Assembly: GCA_958296385.1 (NCBI GenBank)
Contig: OY282494.1
Location: 3,222,956-3,286,955, forward strand
Direction of reading: 5' to 3'
Length of the DNA stretch: 64,000 bases
From: an uncultured Dehalococcoidia bacterium
GTDB lineage: Bacteria > Chloroflexota > Dehalococcoidia > Lucifugimonadales > UBA3495
Shown: positions 25,744 to 35,154 of the stretch, one piece after another
Numbering within the stretch: the first letter of the stretch is position 1
How the letters are laid out: the number at the start of each line of letters is the position of its first letter
Translations under genes and position numbers: made by a program
The notes under the pieces: generated by a model
Seen by the model: the letters and a program-made list of their open reading frames with translations, nothing else
Told to the model about the DNA's origin: nothing
Database searches by the model: none

Positions 25744-27907
25744 ATGAGAAACGAACGATGGGTACGCGTGATGTGGGGTAGATTGTCGACTGCGCCGGCG
25801 CGCCACACCCCATTTGTGGTGTTCATCGTTGCCCTCCTGCCCTGGCTGGCGCTGCTGGGCTGGCTGGCATCGGTGTCGTGGTTTCTCACCGACGACGCCT
25901 TTATCAGCTTTCGCTACATCCGCAACCTGCTGGAGGGGCACGGCCTGGTTTTCAACGTCGGCGAGCGAGTTGAGGGCTACTCCAACTTCCTGTGGGTGCT
26001 GGAACTGGCCGCCGTCTGGGGCATCTTGGGCATCAAACCCGAACACGCCGCCCCGTGGCTGTCGGTAATTTACACGGCGGCAACCATCGCCGCGCTGCTG
26101 TGGTGGGCGTGGCGCACGCCGTCGCTGCGGTGCCGAAGCTTGACGGCGTGGCTGGCCCTGGGGCTGGTGTGCAGCAGCGCCACCTTTGCCGTCTGGACGT
26201 CCGGCGGCGGATTGGAAACCCGGCAGTTCACTTTCTTTGTCGTAGTGGCAGTAGTCTGCCTGTCCCTGTACCGCAACAACCAGTGGGGCCTGCTGACGGC
26301 ATCGCTGAGCCTGGCCGCAGCAGCCCTGACCCGCCCAGAGGGGCCGCTGATTGCGGTGCTCTGCTTCGGCTGGTTCGCCATCCAGCGGATGATTGACGCC
26401 GGCCGGCCCCGTCTTGACTGGCGGGAACTGGCTTTCCTGATTGTGCCCTTTGCCGTCCTGATTGAGGGGCATTTCCTGTTCCGCTACGCCTATTACGGCG
26501 AATGGCTGCCCAACACCTACTACGCCAAACACGTCCGCCCCTGGTACGAATCGGGGTTCCGCTACCTGTGGGCGGCGGCGCTGGAAACGGGGCTGTACCT
26601 GCTGCTGCCACTGGCCGCCGTCGCCCTGCGGGAACGCTGGCGGCAATACCGGGATGGGACCTGCGTCCTGGTTCTACTCATAGTCGTAGTTCACATGGCC
26701 TACGTAATGCGGATTGGCGGCGACCATTTTGAGTACCGCCCGCTGGATTTCTACTGGCCGCTGCTGGCGCTGCCGGCGGCAATCGGAATTGTGCACCTGG
26801 GCGGCTGGGTTGCAAATAACGTACAATATATCCAAACAATTGTACGGGAAGGGGGTATTTTCAAGTCCATCACTATGGGCGCTGCTACTGTTCGTCCCAA
26901 TCCTTTTCTACTCCGGCGCAATGCAGGCGGCATTGCTGCTTGAGGGTGCCAAGATTGACGAACGCATCTGGGGAATTCATATCGAGCTTGACGAGGATAA
27001 TGCCGGCTGGCTGCTAAGAGCTCCGGGGATGCCCGCGCTGGCGGCCATATCCAACGAGTTGAGAAATAGTTTAGTCCGGCAGTCTGTGGGTTCGCGGTTC
27101 GTGGAGCATCGCGAATTCGCTGACCTCCGGATTGCGATATGGCAGCCCTACGCGAATATGGAACGGGGGCTAATTCCCGACGACGCGGTGACGACTGCCG
27201 GCACCATCGGCATCCCATACTATTATCTCCCGGAACTGACCGTTATCGACCGTCATGGTCTGACCGACGCGACGGTAGCGCGCAATCCGGTTAAACGCCC
27301 CAACCATGAGCGTTCAATGGCCCACGACCGTTGGGCACCCTCCAGCTACCTGGAGGAGCGCGGCGTCAGCATCATCGTCCACCCCCTGGCGGACACAGTG
27401 GAGCAGGCGTTTTACCTGGGGAATTACGCGGTGCCGGTGGCGCCCGGCCTCTGGATGCCCTTTGAGTCCGACGACCATGAGTGGGTCAGCTCCGCTTTTG
27501 CCGGACGCGACCTAATAGTGTCCAGCGATTACATTGCGGAGTTGACCAGGGGAAACACGCCGGCAATTCGTTCCCAATTCGACGTCCACCTTGTGGAGAA
27601 CCGGCTGATCTACGTAAAGCAACAGTGCGGCCCGAACGACCTTGACGCCGCGTTTTTCCTCCACTTGCACCCGGTTGACGTGAACGACCTGCCCGACGAC
27701 CGCAAGCAGTACGGTTTTGACAACTGAGACTTCCACGAGGATCGTCTTATCAAACTGGCTAACACCTGCTGGGCCATAGTTCCGCTACCGGAATACGACG
27801 TCGCCGAAATCAAAACCGGCCAGTTTATAGAAGCGGCTGACGGCTATAAGCACATCTGGGAGGGGGAAATCCTCGTTGCGCCCGGGCAAGCGGGCACGCC
27901 GCAATAG
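25744..27907 (+). pseudogene. disrupted paralog (copy 1) of the GT-C-like membrane protein family; full-length counterpart is 39655-41772
   Basis: Translation follows copies 2 and 4 in frame 25744 up to about 26840. It then continues in the +1 frame (ORF 26714-27727), consistent with a 1-nt length difference in an AT-rich patch at 26812-26876. TGA 27725-27727 replaces the CGA codon of copy 4, and homology continues to TAG 27905-27907. Confidence 0.75.
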
Positions 27908-27910
27908 CAG

Positions 27911-27919
27911 TGGTACAAT
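27911..27919 (+). promoter_or_regulatory. extended -10 element TGgTACAAT upstream of GT-C copy 2
   Basis: TGGTACAAT is at 27911-27919. The equivalent TGGTAGAAT is conserved upstream of copy 4 on the other strand (about 41809-41817). Confidence 0.35.
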
Positions 27920-27951
27920 AGCCGCCCCGCAACCTACCAAACCGCTGCGCC

Positions 27952-30207
27952 GTGCAAACTTTATTTCCAGCCCACCGCATCTACCTCATCGTTGCCCTCC
28001 TGCCCTGGCTGGCGCTGCTGGGCTGGCTGGCATCGGTGTCGTGGTTTCTCACCGACGACGCCTTTATCAGCTTTCGCTACGTCCGCAACCTGCTGGAGGG
28101 GCACGGCCTCGTTTTCAACGTCGGTGAGCGCGTTGAGGGCTACTCCAACTTCCTGTGGGTGCTGGAACTGGCCGCCGTCTGGGGCATCTTGGGCATCAAG
28201 CCCGAACACGCCGCCCCGTGGCTGTCGGTAATTTACACGGCGGCAACCATCGCCGCGCTGCTGTGGTGGGCGTGGCGCACGCCATCGCTGCGCTGCCGGG
28301 GGTTGACGGCATGGCTGGCCCTGGGGCTAGTGTGCAGCAGCGCAACCTTTGCCGTCTGGACATCCGGCGGCGGCTTGGAAACCCGACAGTTCACCTTCTT
28401 TATAGTCGTAGCGGTAGTCTGCCTGGCCCTGTACCGCAACAATCAATGGGGCCTGCTGACGGCATCGCTGAGCCTGGCCGCCGCGTCCCTGACCCGCCCG
28501 GAGGGCCCACTGATTGCGGTTCTGTGCTTCGGCTGGTTCATCGTTCAGCGGATGATTGATGCCGGCCGGCCCCGGCTGGACTGGCGGGAGCTGGCGTTCC
28601 TGATTGTGCCCTTTGCAATCCTAATTGCATCGCATTTCCTGTTCCGCTACGCCTACTACGGCGAATGGCTGCCCAACACCTACTATGCCAAGCACGTCCG
28701 CCCCTGGTACGAATCGGGATTCCGCTACCTCTGTGCGGCGGCCATTGAAACGGGGCTGTACCTGCTGCTGCCGTTAGCCGCCATCGCCCTGCGGGAACGC
28801 TGGCGGCAATACCGGGATGGCACTTTCGCCCTGGTTTTGCTGATAATCGTCGTGCACATGGCCTACGTAATGCGGATTGGCGGCGACCATTTTGAGTACC
28901 GCCCGCTGGATTTCTACTGGCCGCTGCTGGCGCTGCCGGCCGCAATCGGAATTGTGCATCTGGGCGTTTGGGTTGCCGGCCAAGCGCAACGTATCAAGAC
29001 AATCGCACGGGTGCGGATACTGTCCAGCCCGCCGGCGTGGGCGCTGCTGCTGTTCGTCCCAATCCTTTTCTACTCCGGCGCAATGCAGGCGGCGCTATTA
29101 TTTGAGGGGGCCAAGATTAACGAACGCATCTTGAAACTCCACATCGAGCTTGACGATGACAACGCCGGCTGGCTGCGGTCCGCGCCGGGGATGCCCGCGC
29201 TGGCGGCAATCTCCAACGACTTGCGCGCTAGACTAGTTCAGCAGGCGGTGGGTTCGCGGTTCGCTGAGCATCGCGAATTCGCTGACGAAAGGATTACGCT
29301 GTGGCAGCCCTACGCGAATATGGAACGGGGGATAATTCCCGCCGACGCGGTGACGGCTGATTATACCATCGGCATCCCATACTATTACGTCCCGGACCTG
29401 ACCGTCATTGACAGGTTTGGCCTGGCCGATGCCACGGTAGCGCGCAATCAGGTTACACATCCCAACCGCAAGCGCACAATAGCTCACGACCGTAAGCCAC
29501 CCCCCGGCTACCTGGAGGAGCGCGGCGTTAACATCGTCGTTCACGGCTCGGCCACGACTGTGGAGCAGGCGTTTTACCTGGGGAATTACGCGGCGTCGGT
29601 GGGCCACGACCTCTGGATGCCCTTTGATTCCGACGACCCTGAGTGGGTCAGCTCCGCTTTTGCCGGACGCAACTTGCAGATACGCGGCCGCTTTTCAATT
29701 ACCGACGTATCAGGCAACGAGTTCTCTCACGACGGCCGTTTCTACGTTGGCGAACGGTTCCTGGGCAACTTTGAGCAAGGGTTTGACGGCTGGATACCGG
29801 AAGGCAGCGCGGTTACGAACTACGCCGACCACCCGGCGCACCAGAGACAGCAGCCCATTAGCGGTAATCTTGGTTCCGGTTTCCTCACCAGCTATCACCC
29901 TGATTATAAGAACAAAACTACCGGGAAAGCGCGGTCGCCGGAATTCACCGCCGGGGCCGACCAGTTGCTGCTATTCCGCATCGCCGGCGGTAAGGGCAAT
30001 GACGTCGGAGTACGTTTGCTGGCCGATGGTGAGCAGGTTGCCGTCTGGCGGGGCCGGAATAATGAGCGTTTCGACACGGTAGTGTATGCTCCGGACGACG
30101 TGGCCGGACAACGGCTGCAACTGGAGCTGTTCGACAACACCACCGGCGGCTGGGGATACATCATGCTGGACCATGTACTGCTGATGCGGAGCGATCCGGC
30201 AATGTGA
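27952..30207 (+). CDS. GT-C-like (ArnT/PMT-like) integral membrane glycosyltransferase candidate, copy 2, with C-terminal lectin/LamG-like beta-sandwich domain
   Basis: Multi-TM N-terminal half with [35 protein letters not shown]. It is near-identical to copies 1 and 4 over about 330 aa. The C-terminal ~180 aa is unique: ...[45 protein letters not shown]...[21 protein letters not shown]. Confidence 0.75.
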   Translation: MQTLFPAHRIYLIVALLPWLALLGWLASVSWFLTDDAFISFRYVRNLLEGHGLVFNVGERVEGYSNFLWVLELAAVWGILGIKPEHAAPWLSVIYTAATIAALLWWAWRTPSLRCRGLTAWLALGLVCSSATFAVWTSGGGLETRQFTFFIVVAVVCLALYRNNQWGLLTASLSLAAASLTRPEGPLIAVLCFGWFIVQRMIDAGRPRLDWRELAFLIVPFAILIASHFLFRYAYYGEWLPNTYYAKHVRPWYESGFRYLCAAAIETGLYLLLPLAAIALRERWRQYRDGTFALVLLIIVVHMAYVMRIGGDHFEYRPLDFYWPLLALPAAIGIVHLGVWVAGQAQRIKTIARVRILSSPPAWALLLFVPILFYSGAMQAALLFEGAKINERILKLHIELDDDNAGWLRSAPGMPALAAISNDLRARLVQQAVGSRFAEHREFADERITLWQPYANMERGIIPADAVTADYTIGIPYYYVPDLTVIDRFGLADATVARNQVTHPNRKRTIAHDRKPPPGYLEERGVNIVVHGSATTVEQAFYLGNYAASVGHDLWMPFDSDDPEWVSSAFAGRNLQIRGRFSITDVSGNEFSHDGRFYVGERFLGNFEQGFDGWIPEGSAVTNYADHPAHQRQQPISGNLGSGFLTSYHPDYKNKTTGKARSPEFTAGADQLLLFRIAGGKGNDVGVRLLADGEQVAVWRGRNNERFDTVVYAPDDVAGQRLQLELFDNTTGGWGYIMLDHVLLMRSDPAM

Positions 30208-30228
30208 TTGCTTCGCGTAGGCATTAGT

Positions 30229-32577
30229 ATGAATCACAAACTTGCAGATACGCGCAGGGTAGGCGGGGCTTTGCTGAACAATCGCGTTGCAGCCAGGCTG
30301 AGGTCGGCGCCGGGGCGGAATGTCCTGTTCGTCCTGTTCATCGCCGGCGTCCTGGCCTACGGGGCCGGGTTCGCCGGCTATATGCTGGCCAATTTTGACC
30401 TCATCAACCTCATCCGCGACATTAACGGCGATGATTCCTTTTACTACTTTCAGATAGCGCACAACCTGTCCGAAGGGAAGTTTTCCACCTTTGACGGCGG
30501 CATTACCCGCACCAACGGCTATCATCCGCTGTGGCTGCTGCTCATTACGCCGTTCTATTGGGCGTTTGACAAGGAAACGGCCCTGTTCGGCATCAAGGTT
30601 TTTGAGATTATGCTCCTCGCCGGCAGCGTCGCGTGTATCGCCGGTGCGGCCCGGCTGGCGCGCCTGCCCTGGGTACTGCTGTTTGCCGCGCTGCCCCTGC
30701 TCTATCAACACCGGGGGATATTTCACGGGCTGGAAGCGGCGGCGGCGCTGTTTATGCTGGGGCTGTTTTTTCTGACCCTGATGCTCTACGCGCGCAATCC
30801 GGCCCGGTGGACGTGGCCGCTGGCCACCGTCGCATTCCTCTTACCCTGGGTGCGGCTGGAATATATCGCCATATCGTTGGCGGCGACGGTGGCGTTGTTT
30901 GTCATTGAATGGTCGTGGCGGGAGCGGCCGGCCGGCGCATCGTGGCGCGCCGCAATACTTGTTGCCCCGCCTATCCGTACATTATTCCTGATCGGCAGCG
31001 CCGTCACCGGCATACTGGTATATTTTGCCTACAACGGGCTGGCGTTCGGCGGCATTACGCCGGTAAGCGGGGCGGTCAAGCAGTGGTATTCGCAACAGAG
31101 ATGGGACAGGGCCGGCGGGTACAGCCTGACGCAAAACTTCCAGGACGTATTGCAGATTCCCGACTTTGACGGTGAGATACTGGTTGCGCTGGGAGTCTGC
31201 GTCTGTTTCCTGATAGTCTGGTGGTTCGCCCGCCGCTCCCGCAGCCGGGATGATTGGCTGATGCTAGTCTTTCTGGTGGGAGTGTTCGGTCTGGCCGCCG
31301 GCCATCTCGCCAAGTTCGCGCAAACCGTGCTGACTGTGCATCCTGCCGTTGGCGGCTACATCTGGTATTTCGTACCGGCGTACCTGATGCTGGCGCTGAT
31401 TGTACCGGCCAGCGGTTTTGTGGTCATTCACTTTGTGCGTCGTTTCGTCGCTCCCCAGTCGCACCGGGCGGCCAATATTTTAAGCGCCGGCACAGTCGTT
31501 ATCGCTGCGGTTATCCTGGTCACACAGGCTAATTTTGCCGGCCCGTTCCAATACGTTGACCGGCACAGCGACACTTTGTACCAGGAATGGGAAATCAGTT
31601 CCTACTCCGGCATACTGACGGCGAACCGCATACTGCCCAAAGGCAGCATACTCGGGTCGTGGGATGCCGGCGTTGTGGGATATTTCGCGCGCTTCCCGGT
31701 GGTGAATCTGGATGGGCTGGTGAATTCGTATGACTATCTGCATAAAGATATGCGCGGTGAAGTAAATAGGCTGGACAAGCATTTCTACCAGAAAGAATTC
31801 GGACTGACGCACTTCGCTAACGCCAACGAGAGCCCCGATAATTTTTTCGACGATAGTACGCTTTTCGAACTTCCGTCGTTCCCCAACGGACGCCGGCCGT
31901 ATGAGTTCCGGCTCGCCGCCATTGCGCCGCCGCCGGACACCAATGCCGCCGCCCGATTCTGGGAGCAGATGGAGCCGCACTTCGACTACCCGTCGGGCGA
32001 TGTCGGGGTTGTGGTTGACGGGCGGCTGGCGCTGGCGTTCCACCGGAATTGCCGCCCGGATGAGGTACTGACGGTTTCGTGGGCCGGCGTTCCGGGCAAA
32101 GAGAGGGCGTTTTGGCAGCCCTGGCCGGAAACGCTGGCGAGCAGCCGGCCGTTTTGCGCCGCCAGAATCATCCTGCCCCACGGCGCCGCGCCGCCGGTTC
32201 AGGTTGAGTCGCTAACCGCCGCTGATTACCTGGCGCGGACTACCGGCAACAACCCGCCGGTAATCCGCTCCAATTACGACGTCTATCTCCACGAGAACGC
32301 ACTTATCTACTGGAAAGAACAGTGCCGGCCGGAGGATACTGCCGCGCCGTTCCTGCTGCATCTGGCACCGCAAAACCCGTCAGACCTCCCCAACCATCGC
32401 AAGCAGCACGGCTTTGACAACCTGGATTTCGACTTCACCAGGTACGGCAGCAAATCAGGGACAACCTGCTTTGCAATCCGACTACTGCCCGATTATGACA
32501 TCGCCGCCATCCGTACCGGCCAGTGGATAAGAGGCCAGGGCAACGTGTGGCAGGCGGAATACATCGTTGCGAAGTAG
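30229..32577 (+). CDS. large polytopic membrane protein (copy 3) carrying the shared ~110-aa C-terminal module
   Basis: The start is set at ATG 30229. The protein has many TM segments, and its N-terminal part is unlike copies 1, 2 and 4. The C-terminus IRSNYDVYLHENALIYWKEQCRPEDTAAPFLLHLAPQNPSDLPNHRKQHGFDNLDFDF...AIRTGQW is shared with copies 1, 4 and 5. Confidence 0.7.
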   Translation: MNHKLADTRRVGGALLNNRVAARLRSAPGRNVLFVLFIAGVLAYGAGFAGYMLANFDLINLIRDINGDDSFYYFQIAHNLSEGKFSTFDGGITRTNGYHPLWLLLITPFYWAFDKETALFGIKVFEIMLLAGSVACIAGAARLARLPWVLLFAALPLLYQHRGIFHGLEAAAALFMLGLFFLTLMLYARNPARWTWPLATVAFLLPWVRLEYIAISLAATVALFVIEWSWRERPAGASWRAAILVAPPIRTLFLIGSAVTGILVYFAYNGLAFGGITPVSGAVKQWYSQQRWDRAGGYSLTQNFQDVLQIPDFDGEILVALGVCVCFLIVWWFARRSRSRDDWLMLVFLVGVFGLAAGHLAKFAQTVLTVHPAVGGYIWYFVPAYLMLALIVPASGFVVIHFVRRFVAPQSHRAANILSAGTVVIAAVILVTQANFAGPFQYVDRHSDTLYQEWEISSYSGILTANRILPKGSILGSWDAGVVGYFARFPVVNLDGLVNSYDYLHKDMRGEVNRLDKHFYQKEFGLTHFANANESPDNFFDDSTLFELPSFPNGRRPYEFRLAAIAPPPDTNAAARFWEQMEPHFDYPSGDVGVVVDGRLALAFHRNCRPDEVLTVSWAGVPGKERAFWQPWPETLASSRPFCAARIILPHGAAPPVQVESLTAADYLARTTGNNPPVIRSNYDVYLHENALIYWKEQCRPEDTAAPFLLHLAPQNPSDLPNHRKQHGFDNLDFDFTRYGSKSGTTCFAIRLLPDYDIAAIRTGQWIRGQGNVWQAEYIVAK

Positions 32578-32636
32578 TCCGATGGCCGGCGGCCTTGTGC
32601 TACAATCCGGCCCGGATGCTGCGGGAGGTTTGTAAA

Positions 32637-32876
32637 GTGAATCTGTACCGTTTGCCTTTTGTGATGCACGAGCCCGGCGCTGACACCGAGGACAAGTTTA
32701 TGGCGGAGATACCGCTCCTGCCCGGCTGCCGGGCCTGGGGCGATACCGCCGCTGCAACCGTAGATTGCCTGCAAAGCGTGGCCGCCGCTTTCATCGCATC
32801 TTACATCGCAGCCGGCGACGAACTGCCCCCAAAAGTGACGGCGACACTGATTGCAACCAACACCAACACTCGCTGA
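32637..32876 (+). CDS. HicB-like (UPF0150) small protein, no hicA partner seen
   Basis: GGGAGG lies 8 nt before GTG 32637. ...FMAEIPLLPGCRAWGDTAAATVDCLQSVAAAFIASYIAAGDELP is the HicB N-domain pattern. Confidence 0.5.
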   Translation: MNLYRLPFVMHEPGADTEDKFMAEIPLLPGCRAWGDTAAATVDCLQSVAAAFIASYIAAGDELPPKVTATLIATNTNTR

Positions 32877-32878
32877 TG

Positions 32879-34420
32879 TCAAATCCACCCGGCGGCCCGT
32901 TCGGCAATCATTATGGCGGTGGCGTTGGTGTTGGCGCGGACTACGTTGGGGCAGATGGACAGGTCAACTACCCGCAGGCCGGTTACGCCGCGCACTTGGC
33001 AGTACTGGTTCACGACCGCCATCGGGTCGTCGTCCGGGCCCATTCGGCACGCTCCGGAGGTGTGAAAGGTGGTGAACACGCTGCGGCGCAGCCAGTCGTC
33101 CAGGGCGGCGTCCGATTCTATCGTCGCTGCGTCGGGCGCAATCAGGCCGTCTGCTATTCCGGCAAAGGCTGGCTGTTCCAATATCTGCCGGCACAGCCGC
33201 ACCGCTTCACGCAGGCGGCTGCGGTCGAACTCGCTGCGCAGGTAGCGGTAATCTATTATCGGCTTGTCGTGGGGGTTGGCTGAGGCCAGGCGCATTTCGC
33301 CGGCGCTGTCGGCTTGTTGCAGGATGCAGGTCATCCGCAGCGTGGGCTGGTCGGCGCCGGGGCCGCTGCCCAGCGGGCTGGGGCCGGACGCCACGTTGTT
33401 GACGTACACGTGCATATCGTTGCGCCGGGGCGAACCGGCGCTGGTGTAGCGCAGCAGCGTTTGGATGCGCGAACCGGCGAATTCCGTTGAGAACTCCGGG
33501 TTTAGCGCAGCGTCCACGTAGATGAGCGGATGGTCGCGCAGATTCCGGCCGACTCCGGGCGCATCGTGGATTACGGCAATGCCCAACTCGGCCAGCTGCG
33601 CCGCCGGGCCGATGCCGGACAGCAGCAGCAGTTGCGGCGAGGCTACGCCGCCGGCGCAGAGGATAATCTCGCGTCCGGCGACGTGAAAGACCTCGCCGCC
33701 GCTTTCCACCAGCACGCCCACCGCCCTTGTCCCGTCAAACACGATGCGCCGGGCCAGCGCGTTGGCGCGGATGGTGAGGTTGAGCCGAGCGCGCGCTGCG
33801 GACAGATAGGCCAGCGCGCAGTTCATCCGCACGCCGGCCGGGTTGTTCATCGGCGCCGGGCCGAATCCGGCGGACGACGGGTGGTTCATGTCGGCATCCT
33901 CGGGGTAGCCCAGCGCGCGACACGCCGCCGCGAACGCGTGCTGGAAAGGATGCCAGGCCGTTCGGGGAGCGCGCGCCACCGGGATGGGGCCGTCCGTGCC
34001 GTGAAAGTCATCCCTGACGTCGGCGTCGGATTCCAGCTGGCGAAAGAACGGCAGCACGCTGGCGTAAGCCCACTGGCCGTTGCCCAGCGCCGCCCAGGAA
34101 TCGTAGTCCTCCGGCAGGCCGCGCAAAAACACCTGGCCGTTCACCGCCCCCGACCCGCCCATCACCCGCCCCCGGGCAATCTGCATCGGAGCATCCTGCT
34201 CCGCCGTCCCGGTGGCCAGATACGACCAGTTGTACGGGCCGCCCGGAGCCGATGCGTCCTGACGGCTGCCGTCCCTAATCTCGGCGGGCCAACGCTCAAA
34301 CTCGGCAAAGTCCGGCCCCGCCTCCAGCAGCAGCACCGCCCGGCCCGCATCCTCCGACAGCCGGGCCGCCAAAGCGCAACCCGCCGAACCACCGCCGATG
34401 ATTATTGCGTCGTATTCCAT
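32879..34420 (-). CDS. GMC-family FAD oxidoreductase (choline dehydrogenase-like)
   Basis: MEYDAIIIGGGSAGCALAARLSED (GxGxxG), ...GGSGAVNGQVFLRG..., and the C-terminal ...HTSGACRMG... region support the call. Confidence 0.9.
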   Translation of the reverse strand: MEYDAIIIGGGSAGCALAARLSEDAGRAVLLLEAGPDFAEFERWPAEIRDGSRQDASAPGGPYNWSYLATGTAEQDAPMQIARGRVMGGSGAVNGQVFLRGLPEDYDSWAALGNGQWAYASVLPFFRQLESDADVRDDFHGTDGPIPVARAPRTAWHPFQHAFAAACRALGYPEDADMNHPSSAGFGPAPMNNPAGVRMNCALAYLSAARARLNLTIRANALARRIVFDGTRAVGVLVESGGEVFHVAGREIILCAGGVASPQLLLLSGIGPAAQLAELGIAVIHDAPGVGRNLRDHPLIYVDAALNPEFSTEFAGSRIQTLLRYTSAGSPRRNDMHVYVNNVASGPSPLGSGPGADQPTLRMTCILQQADSAGEMRLASANPHDKPIIDYRYLRSEFDRSRLREAVRLCRQILEQPAFAGIADGLIAPDAATIESDAALDDWLRRSVFTTFHTSGACRMGPDDDPMAVVNQYCQVRGVTGLRVVDLSICPNVVRANTNATAIMIAERAAGWI

Positions 34421-34422
34421 GT

Positions 34423-35154
34423 TTACTCCCCATCCCCGTCGGGCGTGAATCCGAAAGCGGCGCAGAACCGGCGGGAAACGGCTTTTGCGACTGCGGCTAC
34501 GCTCAACTCATCAGACCGCTGGCCAAGCTCTGCGGCCACACTGCTAACCCCCCGGTCGGTTATGCCGCAGGGGATTATGGCGTCAAACATTTGCAAGTTG
34601 GGGCAGACGTTGATGGCGCAGCCGTGGAGGGTTGTGCCGGCGGCTATTTTGACTCCGATGGCGGCTATTTTGCGTTGGCCGTCGGATGTCCATACGCCGG
34701 TTAGACCGGGGGCGGTGTTGCTGGGCAGGCCGAAATCGGACAGGCTGCGGATGATTACCTGCTCCAGCGTGCGGACGTACCAGTGCGGGCCGCCGCGCCC
34801 GCGCAGATTGATGATGGGGTAGGCTACCAGCTGGCCGGGGCCATGGTAAGTTACCAGGCCGCCCCGGTCCGTTTCTACTATTTCCGCGCCCCGTTGTGCG
34901 GCATCCTGCGGGGACAGCAGCAAGTGGGAGTCGGGCGACAGCCGGCCTCTGGTGTAGGTGTGGGGGTGTTCCAGCAGCAGCAGGGTTTCCGTTGCGGCGC
35001 CCCGGCGCACTGCGTCGACGGTTTGTAGCTGGAGCTGCCACGCCTCACGGTAGGGCACCGTGCCCAGGCGGATTACACGGAGCGGCTCCGGGGCGGCGGC
35101 GTCCGATGGGGCCAAGTCAGACGGGACAATTTCAGTAGATGGGAGTGTCGTCAT
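34423..35154 (-). CDS. lipB: lipoyl(octanoyl) transferase
   Basis: Supporting sequence: ...LLLLEHPHTYTRGR...TDRGGLVTYHGPGQLVAYPII...KIAAIGVKI...HG. Confidence 0.9.
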   Translation of the reverse strand: MTTLPSTEIVPSDLAPSDAAAPEPLRVIRLGTVPYREAWQLQLQTVDAVRRGAATETLLLLEHPHTYTRGRLSPDSHLLLSPQDAAQRGAEIVETDRGGLVTYHGPGQLVAYPIINLRGRGGPHWYVRTLEQVIIRSLSDFGLPSNTAPGLTGVWTSDGQRKIAAIGVKIAAGTTLHGCAINVCPNLQMFDAIIPCGITDRGVSSVAAELGQRSDELSVAAVAKAVSRRFCAAFGFTPDGDGE

